In this document: one piece after another, positions 26,902 through 40,242 of the stretch
Layout: every line of letters starts with the position of its first letter
Position numbering within the stretch: the stretch's first letter is position 1
Assembly (NCBI GenBank): GCA_003344405.1
Contig: NOWV01000002.1
Location: 1 to 64,000, forward strand
Direction of reading: 5' to 3'
DNA length: 64,000 bases
From: Trichoplax sp. H2
Taxonomy: Eukaryota
Made by a program: the position numbers and the translations under genes
The notes under the pieces: generated by a model
Told to the model about the DNA's origin: nothing
The model's database searches: none
Seen by the model: the letters and a program-made list of their open reading frames with translations, nothing else

Positions 26902-27477
26902 AAATGGCTAATGGTTTACAATCCAATACCAAACTACGTTACAGGCGAATGCTGGATATAGTATGCTCTGGAAATGTAACTGCTCTAAAAATTACTTCAA
27001 TTTATAAATCGATCAAATTTTATTTAAAAAAAGAGGAATTTTAGGGTATTCTTAATTTAATTCCATGCAGTTGATTAATTATTCTTCATAGCAGGATAAC
27101 GAAATGGGAAGATTTAAGATATCAGAGCAACACTATAATAGAGATTGTGACGCTCAATTCTTAATTATATTATAATTATAATAGCAAGTCCTATAATTTC
27201 TCATTTCTGAGACAAATGAATATAGCCCTAATGAAGGTGATCAATAATTATCTTAAAAGTAATCTTATATTGATATATACCTTAAGGTTACGTGATATAA
27301 GTTATTGATTATTACTATTACAAGAAAGTACAAATTTGTAAAATAAAGCAATTATTTCTGAAAATCAATTATGTAGCTTATCAACTAAAGAATATGCGAT
27401 AACTAAAGAAAACGTACAAACAATTTTTTACTAATATTTATTAGAGTATTAAAAAATAAATCTAACATTGCTCAAGT

Positions 27478-28353
27478 ACTAAGCAGCAGATTGCCAAAAA
27501 AGAACACTATCGACAATACATTATGAATCGATGAGATGATAGCTCAAGATGGACTGGTTCAAAAAGCATAGAAATTACGGATCTAAATTTGGGTGGTTAA
27601 AATTAACAAAAGCTATTAATTCATGTTCCATGAATAAATGGGATTAGTACAGTTTATAAGTTCACTTCTCTTGTCAGTGTTACCAAACCCAAATATAGCA
27701 AACATTATTTTCAATTTCATACTAACATATTTGAAAAAGTGTAAAAGATACCGATTGTATAATGAAATATCTTCAAATTTTATTCCAAAGCCCATATTTA
27801 ATGATGGCTAACAACTTCATTTCTTTGATTACCGGTACTCGACAAAGTAGGATGATCACATGCTGAAGCTAAGGNNNNNNNNNNNNNNNNNNNNACTAAG
27901 CAGCAGATTGCCAAAAAAGAACACTATCGACAATACATTATGAATCGATGAGATGATAGCTCAAGATGGACTGGTTCAAAAAGCATAGAAATTACGGATC
28001 TAAATTTGGGTGGTTAAAATTAACAAAAGCTATTAATTCATGTTCCATGAATAAATGGGACTAGTGCAAACTCCCGTCGCTTTGCTGACGGTTTACGATA
28101 ATGTGCTCATTTAACAGATAGTATTACCATTTGATAGACCTGTCAGACGTTCAGTAACTTTTTACCGTTAAATATAGCAAACATTATTTTCAATTTCATA
28201 CTAACATATTGGAAATAGTGTAAAAGATACCGATTGTATAATGAAATATCTTCAAATGTTATTCCAAAGCCCATATTTAATGATGACTAACAACTTCATT
28301 TCTTTGATTACCGGTACTTGACAAAGTAGGATGATCACATGCTGAAGCTAAGG
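27478..28353 (+). other. Probable allelic overlap (false tandem duplication) around a 20-N scaffold gap
   Basis: 27478-27874 is repeated at 27895-28353 immediately across Ns 27875-27894, differing by a few SNPs and one replacement block. Confidence 0.8.
28061..28168 (-). mobile_element. Short Helitron-like element (3' hairpin plus CTAG)
   Basis: Minus strand ends CCGTCAGCAAAGCGACGG-gagtttgca-CTAG|T, a GC hairpin ~9 nt before CTAG. Second copy at 42902-43018. No 5' TC terminus seen. Confidence 0.65.
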
Positions 28354-31300
28354 TAGAAACACTAAAATTTATAATGAATAATAAAGTGAATGGTATTAGA
28401 TTACAGTTCTAAAATTAAATTGTAAGTATTATTATGATTAATATTCTTATTAACAAAAGTGAGTATCAAAAGCATTGCGGTGATTCCATTTAATCAAAGT
28501 ATATATTGTGAAAGGACATTGGATCATATTAAAATGTACATATACAAAGTAGCTATCCCTGTTTTACTAACCTATTAGCCGATCCTTCTGTCAATTCAGC
28601 TATCAATTTAGCATGATGAACAGAAAAATACATTTTTAGCTACTCGTTTATTTAAAATATGTACTCGATAATCGTAAAATCTATAAATATATCTAAGCTA
28701 GCTATCAGTAACAAGAATAAAGGAACAGCTACTATAGTCTAGCATATGCAATTATTTTAAATCAATCATGGTTACTGCCAAACGAGCGAACATATTTATA
28801 TCTGGTACCTGGCATCTTATTCAAACTGGTCGAATATCTTTCGATTCTCTTACATCGACGGGACATATTCTCCGCAGAAACTGGAAACTTTGCTACTATA
28901 CCATGTTCGTTCAAATGCATATTTTTACCCTAAATTGAAAATTGAAAAGAAAAAATAAGTGTATTATATTAGTCCTGTAAATTAATAGTGATATTCAATC
29001 ACGTAAATCATAAACTGATATTGACTTAATTTTAAGTATCACTTAACCTATCGTTTAATTATCTTATCAGCTATATTAGATCGTAAATCTTGCATAGATA
29101 CAAGTTAGAGCTGAATTATGTACGTGGCATTTAACAAATTAAATAGTAATAAATCGCACTCGAACATCTTTATTAGCTTCGCCCACGGTAAAGCTTGGAA
29201 AGATCATTGAACCGAATTTGAATTTTGCCCGAATATAATCTCGCACCTAATAGTAATTGAAGTAATCACGACATAAATTGGTAACACTCTTATCAGTTTA
29301 ATCATTAGTCATTCTACCCTTTTAATGTACGAGTTCTATATTCTTTACATGCACAGCATTCTCAGTATGGTATCGACATTGATAGTAAATAATCTTAAAT
29401 CTTTATTTAAGTAAATATATATGTGCTGGCTACGAAGTAAGGTACTAGAAACTTACATTTCGATCTCGAAAGCAGTGAAAGTAAAAGATTAACAACCCCT
29501 AAAAGAAGTATAAATCACCACCTCATCAGTATCAAAAAGTACCGTAGAATCGGCAAGCTTAACTTATACATGTAGGACTGACCACACTCTTAAACTTAAT
29601 TTGTAGTTGGACGACGGATGAAAACTTACCTGTGGACAGTTCAGTATTGTAAACAAGTAAGCGAAAACGATATCATTTGTGGAATAAAGTAAGATACCAA
29701 ATATCCAAGATAAGCCAAAGAGAAATGCTAATGAAGTCACAGCTTTTATTCCAACCCTGCACAAAATTAATTAAAAGGTTTCGATTTGATCTTTCGTATT
29801 ACTTAAGATTATTCAACTATCAGTAATATAGAGCTTCAGTCATAATAAAATTATTCATAGCTGTCAGAGATTTCTTCAACTAAGATAATATAAGATTGTA
29901 GCAATTCTCTTTCAGCCTTATTGCAGTATCTGTATCCTAACAATCAAATCCTGGAGTAACTCTTTATTACACTCGTACTTAAACTTTTGAATTTCAGATT
30001 TTCGGACCATAGCTTTAATTGAGAAAAGAGACCTGATAGCGGCAGCTGCAATCGCAAAGTTACACTAAAACACCCCATAAAGAAGGAAAATATTGAAACA
30101 TTACTAACGGATTAGAATACCAATATAAATTCTAGATACTCGTCACTGAATTAGATAAATATGAAAGTAGTCAGATCATTTAACTAGCTCCATATTTAGC
30201 ACACAGAAGAGGTCACAACTATCGCTAAAACATATTAATTGCATACAGAGGCTAATCGATAATATCCCATTTATACAGGTTTGAAATTCCTATCGATTAT
30301 CTGGTTTATAAGATACTCTTTATAATTATTACAAATTTTATTGGTGCATTGACAGCATCAATTGCCTCACCGAAACGACTAAAATAACCGGACCAACAAA
30401 AAGCCACATTTGGTAACTAGTACTTTCGATCCAACAACTATAAAAAATGATGGCCATTGATGCTATATTAACTGAAATTGGGTGCATGATCATCATAATT
30501 TCGTATTTCGAACTTACTATTCTGAATTACCATAGGCACTTATTCCAGTAGATGCTGAAACAGATACGATTACAGCTGGAAGTGCTAATTTGAAAGATAA
30601 TTAAAAAATACAATAAATGAACTAAAATAAGCTATTACATATAACTAAACAATTGTAAGATTAAATAACAGTTATGCGCAAGCTAAAGAATGGCATATCT
30701 TAAAACAATCCTAACGATCATCAGAATAACAACCGAAAAAAGAATATTGTCTATTATTAATAAATAATAAAAATTAGGTCATTAAAAGTGCGAACCTATA
30801 TTTCATCAAACATTAAAATTTTAAGATAATGATAGAGTTAATTTTATTAACATATTTTATGCCTACCCCAGCCTGAAATAAAATAAACCCGTAGCACTTT
30901 CGGATTCATATTTTTACGTAAGGAAGAAATTCTCTGCATGAGTACTATAGCTTCTATCATCATCCATGCTAAACTAGCTAAATAAAAAAAATGTAATCCA
31001 ACTGCAATGATGGTGCAAAGAAGCTGCAATTGAAGGATAGCAAATATTATTTTCATTTACAGCCACTTTAAATAAATTAGGATATTATTACAACAAATGC
31101 ATTGCAATAGATATTTAGATGAGAATCATACTTAAAATACTCATTATAGCAATATCTTATCCATTGAGATATCTTAAATGTATCATGATGATTACTAAGC
31201 CTTAAATGATCTATAATATAAATTCAAAAAGTAGATAAATACTAGTGATAAAGTGTCTTGAAAATACAACACGAACTACAGTTTCTTGTAAGCTTCACTT

Positions 31301-34300
31301 TATTACATAAGATTAGGTTCGTCTCATAACTACCAAGAACTATCTAGCTTCAATAGGACTATCTCTGGACTATCTTTTACAGCGAAAGCTTGAGGTTTAT
31401 ATACCCTTTGTTACAGAATGAATTTTACCCATTGTAATCATATCTTGCCAATTAAGTCGCAAGACAACAGTTTATCATGGCGCGAACTATTCATTATTTA
31501 CGCGTCTAATTAAAACGCCACAATGCAACTCTCACAGTACTAACATAATTAGTGCTATCTATTACTATCATGAAATCTTAATATAAACATCTCAATAGTA
31601 TCAAGACAATACGTATGTAAACCTCTGCTATAAATAGATATCTTCAAAATCATACTATCCAACAAACAAGTACTACTACTCTCGTGCAGTCTTATAATCA
31701 TAATCCAAGCTAAATTTGGGGCTGCACTACAATACTGTACAACCAAAATACAACAAATAGATCACTCCATCCATGATCGAAATAACTTTAGCATTTATAC
31801 ACATTCCTGATATCTTTCCAATTGAAGACTAATTACCGTTAGTTTTGTAGTTTGCATGCCAGCTAGAAACCCGCAAATGGATACTGCCATGGCTGTAGAC
31901 AAGTTAAGATGAATAAAATTTTTTGCTGTATATAGTTTCCTACATTAAAAGAGGTTAAGAAAACCGCTGAATTAAAATTTATATCAAGATTGATTGATAT
32001 TGATATAGTAAATATGCTATGGATTGAGTGATTGAACGTGAGTCATTCAACAATTCCGCAAATATTACCAGAGTTGGTACATGACTCCTGTAAAACTACA
32101 AAGCCGGTGACAAACACAGTATTTATTGTCTAATTGCGTTTAACTTACATCTAATAAACAATCAATAACTTAGTAAATTATTAGCTTATGAGCAATTCTG
32201 ATCAAAGAAGACTCTGTACTAGTCCCAGCTCTCACAGCTATGCTATGCATTAAGTGATAGATTCAATGAATTTTGAGAGCATCTTTTATATTATAAGTTC
32301 TTTCTCGACTGGAAATATTTACAATAAAACTATCAATAGGAGTATCTTCTATTAAACTTTACTACGTTATACTGTATTTAAAGAACTCGTATTTGTAGTA
32401 TAAGTTAATAGCACTATCATATTTTGCATGAAGCTCTTCGTCTACGTTAATGATCAGATGCTCATACTTCCACACTATCAATAGTTATATAGCAACAATA
32501 CTTACTGGGCTAATAAATCGTTATGTTGAACAGATAACTACCGCAATAAATAATATTCATATCACATAATTTTTTATCTGACGGATTTATAATACGATTA
32601 TAACCCATCTTACTTACTTGTTGCTAATTAATATCATTATCATTATCAGTAAGGCAAATAGTGAAATAGAATAACCAATATAAGTGATGTAGCGGAGGTA
32701 AAGATCATGAGGCCCAGTAATCGCCTATAACAAAAATACAATCGATCATTTCAAAGTATGACGTTGAAATTAGTAATACAAATTTTGCGATATGCTACAT
32801 TTGCTTTTACATATTCCAAATTAAGCATATTATATCTTTGAGACAAAATGAGGCATAAATTATACAATGGAGAAAAATTATCTTTCGCTCGATTAATTAT
32901 CCTGTCTGTCATAAAAAATCTAACCTATTCGTAAACTATAGAACTGGATGATAAATTATCAAGATAAAAATTCTTTTTCTGGAACGTAACAAAAGTAATT
33001 TTCCATAAAAATGGATTATTCAATATAGATACAAAGCGGAAACAATGATGAATTGCAACATGCATATAATCATAATAATTTTCAACATATTGTATTGTAT
33101 CAACGCAATTGTATCACCTTAAACATTTCTATTTTACCTTGGAACTTCGCATAAGGACTGCAAAACTCGTAAAGTGATTGGTAGTGCAATGTACTGTAGT
33201 AGAATTATGATCTAATAATTTTATTCCATATTTCAACCATCCACTGCAACATATTTATATTTAATAAAGCATGATCAGTATAAATATAGATAAAACACAT
33301 CATAATCTTGACTTTGAACAACGATATTTCTAATAATCACAAAGAAATCCAAGATGAATGTCTTAGTCATGATCATTACAGTCAAGAATCCATTTCAGAG
33401 AACAAGTAAATAAGATTGATTTCAATTTTAATAAGCACGCAATAGTATTTTAAGCATAACATAAAAACTAGCTGTATAATGCATCTTACGTTTTCTCCCA
33501 ATATGCACACTGATAAGGTGGGATAGGCTAATAGAAAAATGATCATGAGGTACAGTATTAATAATAATAAATGTTGAAAATAATCAAGTAATCATCATAA
33601 TTACTTAACTGACCTGTTTGTGTAGTATTTTAAGGTAAAAATGAACCGGTTCAGTAAAATTTTTATCTTGGCGTGGATACATAGAGCAAGACAAGATACT
33701 AGAAATAATAAACCTAAGGGAAATATTTATAAAGCAGCTTAATATAGACTTGTATACTGATTAATATCAACAATAAGGTTAAGGAATAAAAATTTTAAGG
33801 GAAATAATTACTTTGTATTATATATATATTGGATAAAAGTGGATTACCTGCTAGTAATTTTTTTAGTATCGTTTTGTGCCCAATTTCCTTCTACGTTTAA
33901 CGATCGCACTACTACAGTAACAGCTTCACCTAGAAATCATTAATAACATCATTAATAAATAACTGCTATCATATACTGTAGTGTAATAAGATTACACAAT
34001 TGCAATCGTTCGTCTCGCAGGTTTGTACGTATATTAGCATATCATTCAAGATTATGATACGAAATAGGCTAAATATTATTTAGAATTGGATATCGTTTTA
34101 TTACCTTACCTCAACTTGTTAATTAATATATTGTACGAGTATTTAGGTAATGAATAAAAAATAAGTAAAAATATTTGCTACCTTGACCAGATAATTGCAA
34201 TACTGATTTAGGAATCCTCATTTCTGCTACAGACTTATTGGATAACGATAACGCCATATTGATAGTTGACCGTATATCTGATGCCGAGATCGTTTGAATG

Positions 34301-37300
34301 ATTAATTCTAACATATTCGACGTGAAAAGTTATGAATAACATTAGAGTATGTAACAAGAAATCATATTAATCGGTGATGATGTCCAAACAGCCCTTTCTG
34401 CAATAAATACATTATGCGGAAACTAGAATACAGAGATTTGTACACATGCAAGCAACAACGACATCATCAAATAACCGGCACATGTTTACAAGCTTCAGAT
34501 GATGCAACCCTTCTTGTGTAGTACATAACAAACTCTGACTAAGGAGAAAATGAAAGTGAATATGACTTAAGAAGGTCGACTGATGTAATTCCAAAAATGT
34601 AGTGTACTGATATAATAGATTTACCGCCATTGTCATGAAATAATACCTGACTGTAAAGTTGAAATTGTAACTTGTGTAGTAATATTGCGTTGATTAACCT
34701 CCTTAGCTAAATCTGCATCATATTGCTCAATTTGCTTTAGAACGAATTCAAGGTTCTACAGAATAGCATACAGAGAAATTTCGGTTAAGTGTTTTAGCCG
34801 ATGGAATATTTTGATTAAGAAACATGTAACACAATCCTTTCATTTCTTCAACCGTGAAGAAACTGATAATTTGGATAATAATTCAGATCATATTTCAAAT
34901 TTTGAAACTTTTCTATCTCAAAATCTTGAAGTATATCTACATTTGACTAACCTTGTCGGTGCCAGTTGTAATATTCGCAATAAATTGATCATTCGTTGCT
35001 TTTATCTTATTAATCTATGAAATAAGAGGAAAATTTAATACGATAACGCTGATTATTTATCAACATTTAATATAACCAAATTGTGCCAGTATGAGGTGAG
35101 CTACGTACTCGTATACTCGTAACCGTAAAATCATCCTAAGAGGAATTGTAATTTAATTGTATTTAGTTTAAATTTAATCCCAAACCGGTGATTAAGAAAT
35201 TTTTAAATCATTAAGAGTAGGTAATCTAACAAGTTATTTGATAATTATGATATTATTTTAAACTTATCATGATCATTTTTTTCCAAAGATAAACTAATAT
35301 TTCCAATCGAGAAAATATCATTTAATAAGTAACATTAGTACTATTCTAACAGCTTGTTACCTACCGTAGTATTTTTTAAAATCAAAGATAGAGCATTAAT
35401 CATGTTATCGCTATTATTAACCGTCTTATTAGCCTTGATAAGATCCGGAAAATAGTTTGCATTATTTGATGGAGCTGGCTGATTTACTACCATACTTGCC
35501 GCAATTTCTATAACTATGATATAATATTAAAAAACAAAGTTAAAGGATGGAGTCTATGGAAATTAGCATCTAGTAATATGAATAGCTAAGGAAAAGATTT
35601 ATTATAACAGTTTCAAATAGACCCTATGCTATTGATTTGATTATATATGTACCCATATAAAATACAAAATCATATCCACTGGATGGTATCAGTTTATTTT
35701 TATTGAGTTGAAGTAGGCTCAGCAAGAATAGTAATTATTGTTGTATAGATCTCATTTATCACTAGTTATGCTACGAATATAACTTAAGAAAAAGCCTCAG
35801 AATACTCCAATATCTGCGTCTCATAACTGACAGACCATCAGAATGATAATGACTCCATAGATATTTCACCTAGAGTCAGTAGATATTAATTGAGTCTAAT
35901 AATCGCATACCTGAAGGAGATTTCCTATAATATTCTGATGGCTGCATTGTTGCCAATGAAAGTGTATCTAAATGATGGAGTAAATCGGCCGATACATTGC
36001 TAGAGAGACCACTAGAAGTTAAATATCTGCAATCATCACTAGCCATTTTATACCCTAAGAAAAATAGCATGCATTACTAATTGGTAGGGATAGAATAAAA
36101 TAATGAAGGTCGTATCTGAATTTATTAAATCTAATTTATTAAAGCCGTGGGCATTAAAGTTTCTCTACTTGAGTTAAATATACGGTACAGCAGTATATCT
36201 CGAAATTAGTATATCTCATGAGTAGCTAGAGTATATCGTGACGTAAAGTAGAACAGGAATTAGAATTAAATTTTGAATTATACGTACCGCAGACAGACGA
36301 CATTAACAGATCTGCATGCGTACTAGAGTTAAGATCGGAACCAGTGATGACAATGGCGAGCGAAAATTTATCACCCGTAGTCGGACTGGTTGCGAAAAAG
36401 ACGCTAGAATTGGTATGTACCAACAAATTAGACGATAACCGCTGATTATGGACATCTTCTACATCCCATACACTTGTACTTATATCCAAGATGTCATCTA
36501 ATAAAGTAAACAACAATCATAAACCATAGGCGAAATTAGAAGTGATGTTTTTTGAAATTAAAATGAGACTGCAATAAATCCTAGCAAATCGCAATAGTAA
36601 TTCGTGTTAAAAGTGTAACAGCAATATGAAGTAAGCACTATATTAGGTAGAATTGCCTGTTATGCATAACAAAATGATTATAGATGATGAGCTAATATGA
36701 CGAAACGGAGATTAATCTCACCTGATACCAGCATAATTAATGGATTCTGGTATACACTGGAACTAACTTGTGATTTGTAATCGATAGAAGCGGTCGATGG
36801 TGAGTAATTCGTTACACCAGGAATTAAAATAGTAGGACTACTACCAGCCCGAAAGGTAGTCGAGGAAGATTGAATATTCAGAATCTCTAGTTCGCTTAAA
36901 CCTATACTTGTTAAAGCAGATTGGACATTGAAACTTTCTTGATCGTCTATCACTGCAATTGTCGAAGCAGATTGGACGTTAGATAGTTCTTGATCTTCTA
37001 AAACTGTACTAGTTGAAGCAGATTCAATATTGAAAGTTTCTTGATCGCTTAACGCTGTACTTGTCGAAGTAGATTGGACATTAGATAGTTCTTGATCGCT
37101 TATAACTGCACTAGTTGAAGGAGATTGAACATTGAAAGCTTGTTGATTATCTATGGCTGTAATTGTCGAAGCAGATTGGATGTTAGATAATCCTTGATCG
37201 TTAATAACCGAACTTGTTGAAACAGATTGAAGATTGAAAATGTCTTGATCGCCTAACACTGTACTTGTCGAAGTAGACTGGACATTAGATAGCTCTTGAT

Positions 37301-40242
37301 CGCTTATAACTGTACTAGTTGAAGCGGATTGAACAGTAAAAGTTTCTCGATTGCTTATTATTGTGCTTATCGAAGCAATATCTGAGGTGACATCAATAGT
37401 GAAAGTTAATGATGATATAGAGGATGCTGATGGATCCTCAAGCGTGCTTGAAATAATATTAGTATACGCAGTAGTAGACGCCAGCAACGGCAAATCACTT
37501 GTTTTCGATGTTATAATGCCAGAACTATTCGCTAAAGACATTACGAAATGATCTTCATATAAAGTTGAGCCAGTATTAGCGTTTGAAGTAGTCGAACTCA
37601 ACAATTCTAATTCATTAGCCGTAGTGGAAAGTAAAGTGCTAGTATTACTAGACGGAGTAGTCGATAATAACGGACGATTTATTTGGCTAGTACCAATATC
37701 AGACTGAGAAGTTGGGGAAGGATATAGATTTAATCGGCTAGAAGCAGTTGTTGCTGAATTAATATTGTTACTGGTTAGCGTAAATATCATTGATGAGGAA
37801 ATCAATTGGCTAGTAGAAACATTACGGCTTGCTGAACTTGTGCTAATTGCGGTCGTGATAGGGTAAGTAACATGACTAGCATCAATTGGTTTTTGACAAA
37901 TGTATACACAATCATAGTCACAGCCATAATCACACCAAGTTGCTTGAACAATATCAGTGATCTTTGAAATATAAACACATCTTTTAGCTAAACTTGATGG
38001 ACAGGCTAACGACCAAAATGCTGAACCAGTTGTAACGTTTTGACCAGTCGCCAACCAATGATAACTATTTAACTGGTTGTTCCCCACAGTATCTTTTAAC
38101 CCAATCCAGTGGCAAGTGTAGAGTGTTAGTAGATCTTCTAGCCCATTATGAATTACATTGCTATTATCAACTACTAAATCACCACCAGGAAATGCCTGAC
38201 AAGCAGTTCGAGCATCATCAAAGTCTTTCACGCTCCCAAAACGCTTAAAACAATACTTATCGATTTTTGTCCATCCACTCTCGCAGGCATCTATTCAATT
38301 TAGAGTGGGTCATTAGCTGAAATATGTAATTTCTTAACAGTTACTTAACATATTGTTGAGACAGGAAGATCAACCGTGATTAAGATACTTCCAACCATTT
38401 AATTTTGGAAAACTGCGTCTGTACAGTATCGAAAGATATTGGCATATATCATTAGTAAAAAAATTATTCTTCCGACATTCAACCGCAGTTTATCGTAGTG
38501 CTTGAGTTTTACAATCCCTTACTACTGCGGCCTTATATGCACATAATACGAATAGTATAAGTACATCGTTTCATCACCAGCAATCATGAAATTACCTTAT
38601 TAGAATAGTAGTATTCTACTTTTTAATGCTACTGTTCTTCAATTACTACTGTAATTAGCTGGAACTACTACATTTATGCAACTCCAGATTCGATGATTAA
38701 TTGAAACTGCTGTTATTTTTACCACATCCTCTCAACTGAAGTAAGCTAACCTCTTGAAATTATAATCATATATATCAATAACATAATCCTTTCTTAGCCT
38801 GTATGCTTGCTAATTTAAACTCATTTTTAAATAGCATCTATGGCGATCTACCAACTCTGATAGCCCATTCAAAACGATACTACGCAATAATTATGTTCTC
38901 CTTCAAGTTTACTCAAGGCCAAGCGTTAGGTAACGAATAACATACTACGAACATGATACAGTACAGACATCAGCATCAGCATCATGATCAAAGTCAAAAA
39001 TAGGAAGAATCTTCATTTGGTAGGCATCTGTCATACTGTACGGTAATTACCATCACTCAAGATTATGTTGTCGCTAATAGTTTTAAAAGTATTATTAAAT
39101 AACTTCACTAATAATCATTATTGCAACTTTGATTTAATTAATCAATTTAGGCAATCAATAATGATCTCATTACGCCAAAAAGTAAATTAATTATTCATTA
39201 TTATATAAATCATAATTTCTAGAAATTTAATCTATTAGTTATTTTACGATTAATCCGCTATCCGTATTATTTAAATCATCTATTGATTAATAGTTTAACA
39301 AACCGTCAGCGCTGATGGCAGTTAATGTTAAAGAAAGGATCTAAAAAAAGATAAAAAATAATGATATTATTTCTTTCAAGGTGAAAAGCCATAACACAAT
39401 TGATCAAGCTGGTTGGATATTACAAGCCTTCGAAACATTTTTTTAAAATTGCTTTCTAAATATTCAATATTACGATTAGAAGACAAAAATTGGGTAGAAG
39501 GAATTTTAAGAACAGGAATACAAAGCAGTAAATACGATCATCGGATACCGTATAGAGTAAATAAGCATCTTATTGATCGAAATTTGGCGTTCTTTCAAAG
39601 CGGAAAAAATAATCAATCAATTGTATGTCAATATACAATCTATTAGCAGTTTAGCACAACCTAAAACTAAGAAAGAGAACGCATAAAATGCTAGCTATGT
39701 GCTATGATATTTAAAATTTCATGCCGAAATTTTCTGAACGCTCGCATTGAATAAAATTTCGTCTTGCGCTTGTTATTGATATTTTTATGTTAGCATTTTT
39801 AAATCGTTATACGATAATAGGCAACATTAATGTACGTACGTATTAAGAAAGTAATCTATAAATCCTGAAAAATCGAAGATACATGCCGAGCATAGGTAAA
39901 TTAAAATAGTATCGGTCTTAAAAGTGAACTAGTATCCATTTGGGTACGATTAAAATACATTAGAATAAAAGTAAAGAGTAGATAGCTTCTAAGTACAATC
40001 TTGTTATATCTTCAATCGATACTACTGCACCACTATGAGTAATGCATATTACAAGGCGAGAAGATCTCTATAAACAGTTTTTTGCATTCTTTCTTAAAAT
40101 GCTCTAGAATAGAATCAAAGTGTCAGCCGTTACGACCAATATTCCAGTCTCATCTGCCATAAAGGCATTCTAATTAAAAAATTTAAATGAAATTTAATAT
40201 CAGAAATACGAAAAGCATTGAAATTACCAAAATAATTTTCAT
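28277..40242 (-). CDS. Adhesion GPCR paralogue B (CTLD-repeat mucin stalk-GAIN/GPS-7TM)
   Basis: Exons 40228-40242 (MKIIL), 39304-39340 (ILSLTLTAISAD), 36722-38290 (DACESGW.. CTLD plus stalk; covers most of ORF 36678..38231), 36288-36497, 35911-36054, 35365-35507, 35109-35135, 34952-35014, 34647-34755, 34182-34307, ~33848-33929, ~33614-33713, ~33490-33527 (YQCAYW), 33138-33243 (HCTTNHFTSFAVLM), 32618-32724 (TM1), ~31837-31940 (KNFIHLNL), ~30866-31022 (LHFFYLASLAWMMIEA), TM4-TM7 and tail exons 30590-28570, last exon 28277-28361 (..EVVSHH*). Intron positions and phases match paralogue A. Confidence 0.9.
31244..31731 (-). mobile_element. Solo LTR, family 2 (TM2-TM3 intron of gene B)
   Basis: AGTGAT (TG mutated)...CACTACA termini; perfect TSD ATACT (31239-31243 / 31732-31736); reverse complement of 12492-12980. 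Confidence 0.85.
36856..37352 (-). repeat. Coding minisatellite, 51-bp / 17-aa unit, ~9.7 copies, in the stalk of gene B
   Basis: NRETFTVQSASTSTVIS, DQELSNVQSTSTSTVLG, DQDIFNLQSVSTSSVIN, DQGLSNIQSASTITAID, NQQAFNVQSPSTSAVIS, DQELSNVQSTSTSTALS, and so on. Confidence 0.92.
38494..38672. mobile_element. Very short solo-LTR-like insertion (179 bp) in intron 2 of gene B
   Basis: CGTAGTG...TACTACA termini; TSD TTTAT (38489-38493 / 38673-38677); empty site in the pseudogene copy at ~4081 (gTCTATgcaac). Confidence 0.75.

Noticed and set aside
27797..27874. Second copy of the gene B last exon as an alternative terminal exon
   Set aside because: It abuts the N gap and is near-identical, so an allelic overlap is the better explanation.
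36856..37352. CRISPR-like periodic array
   Set aside because: In-frame coding repeat without unique spacers, in a eukaryotic gene.
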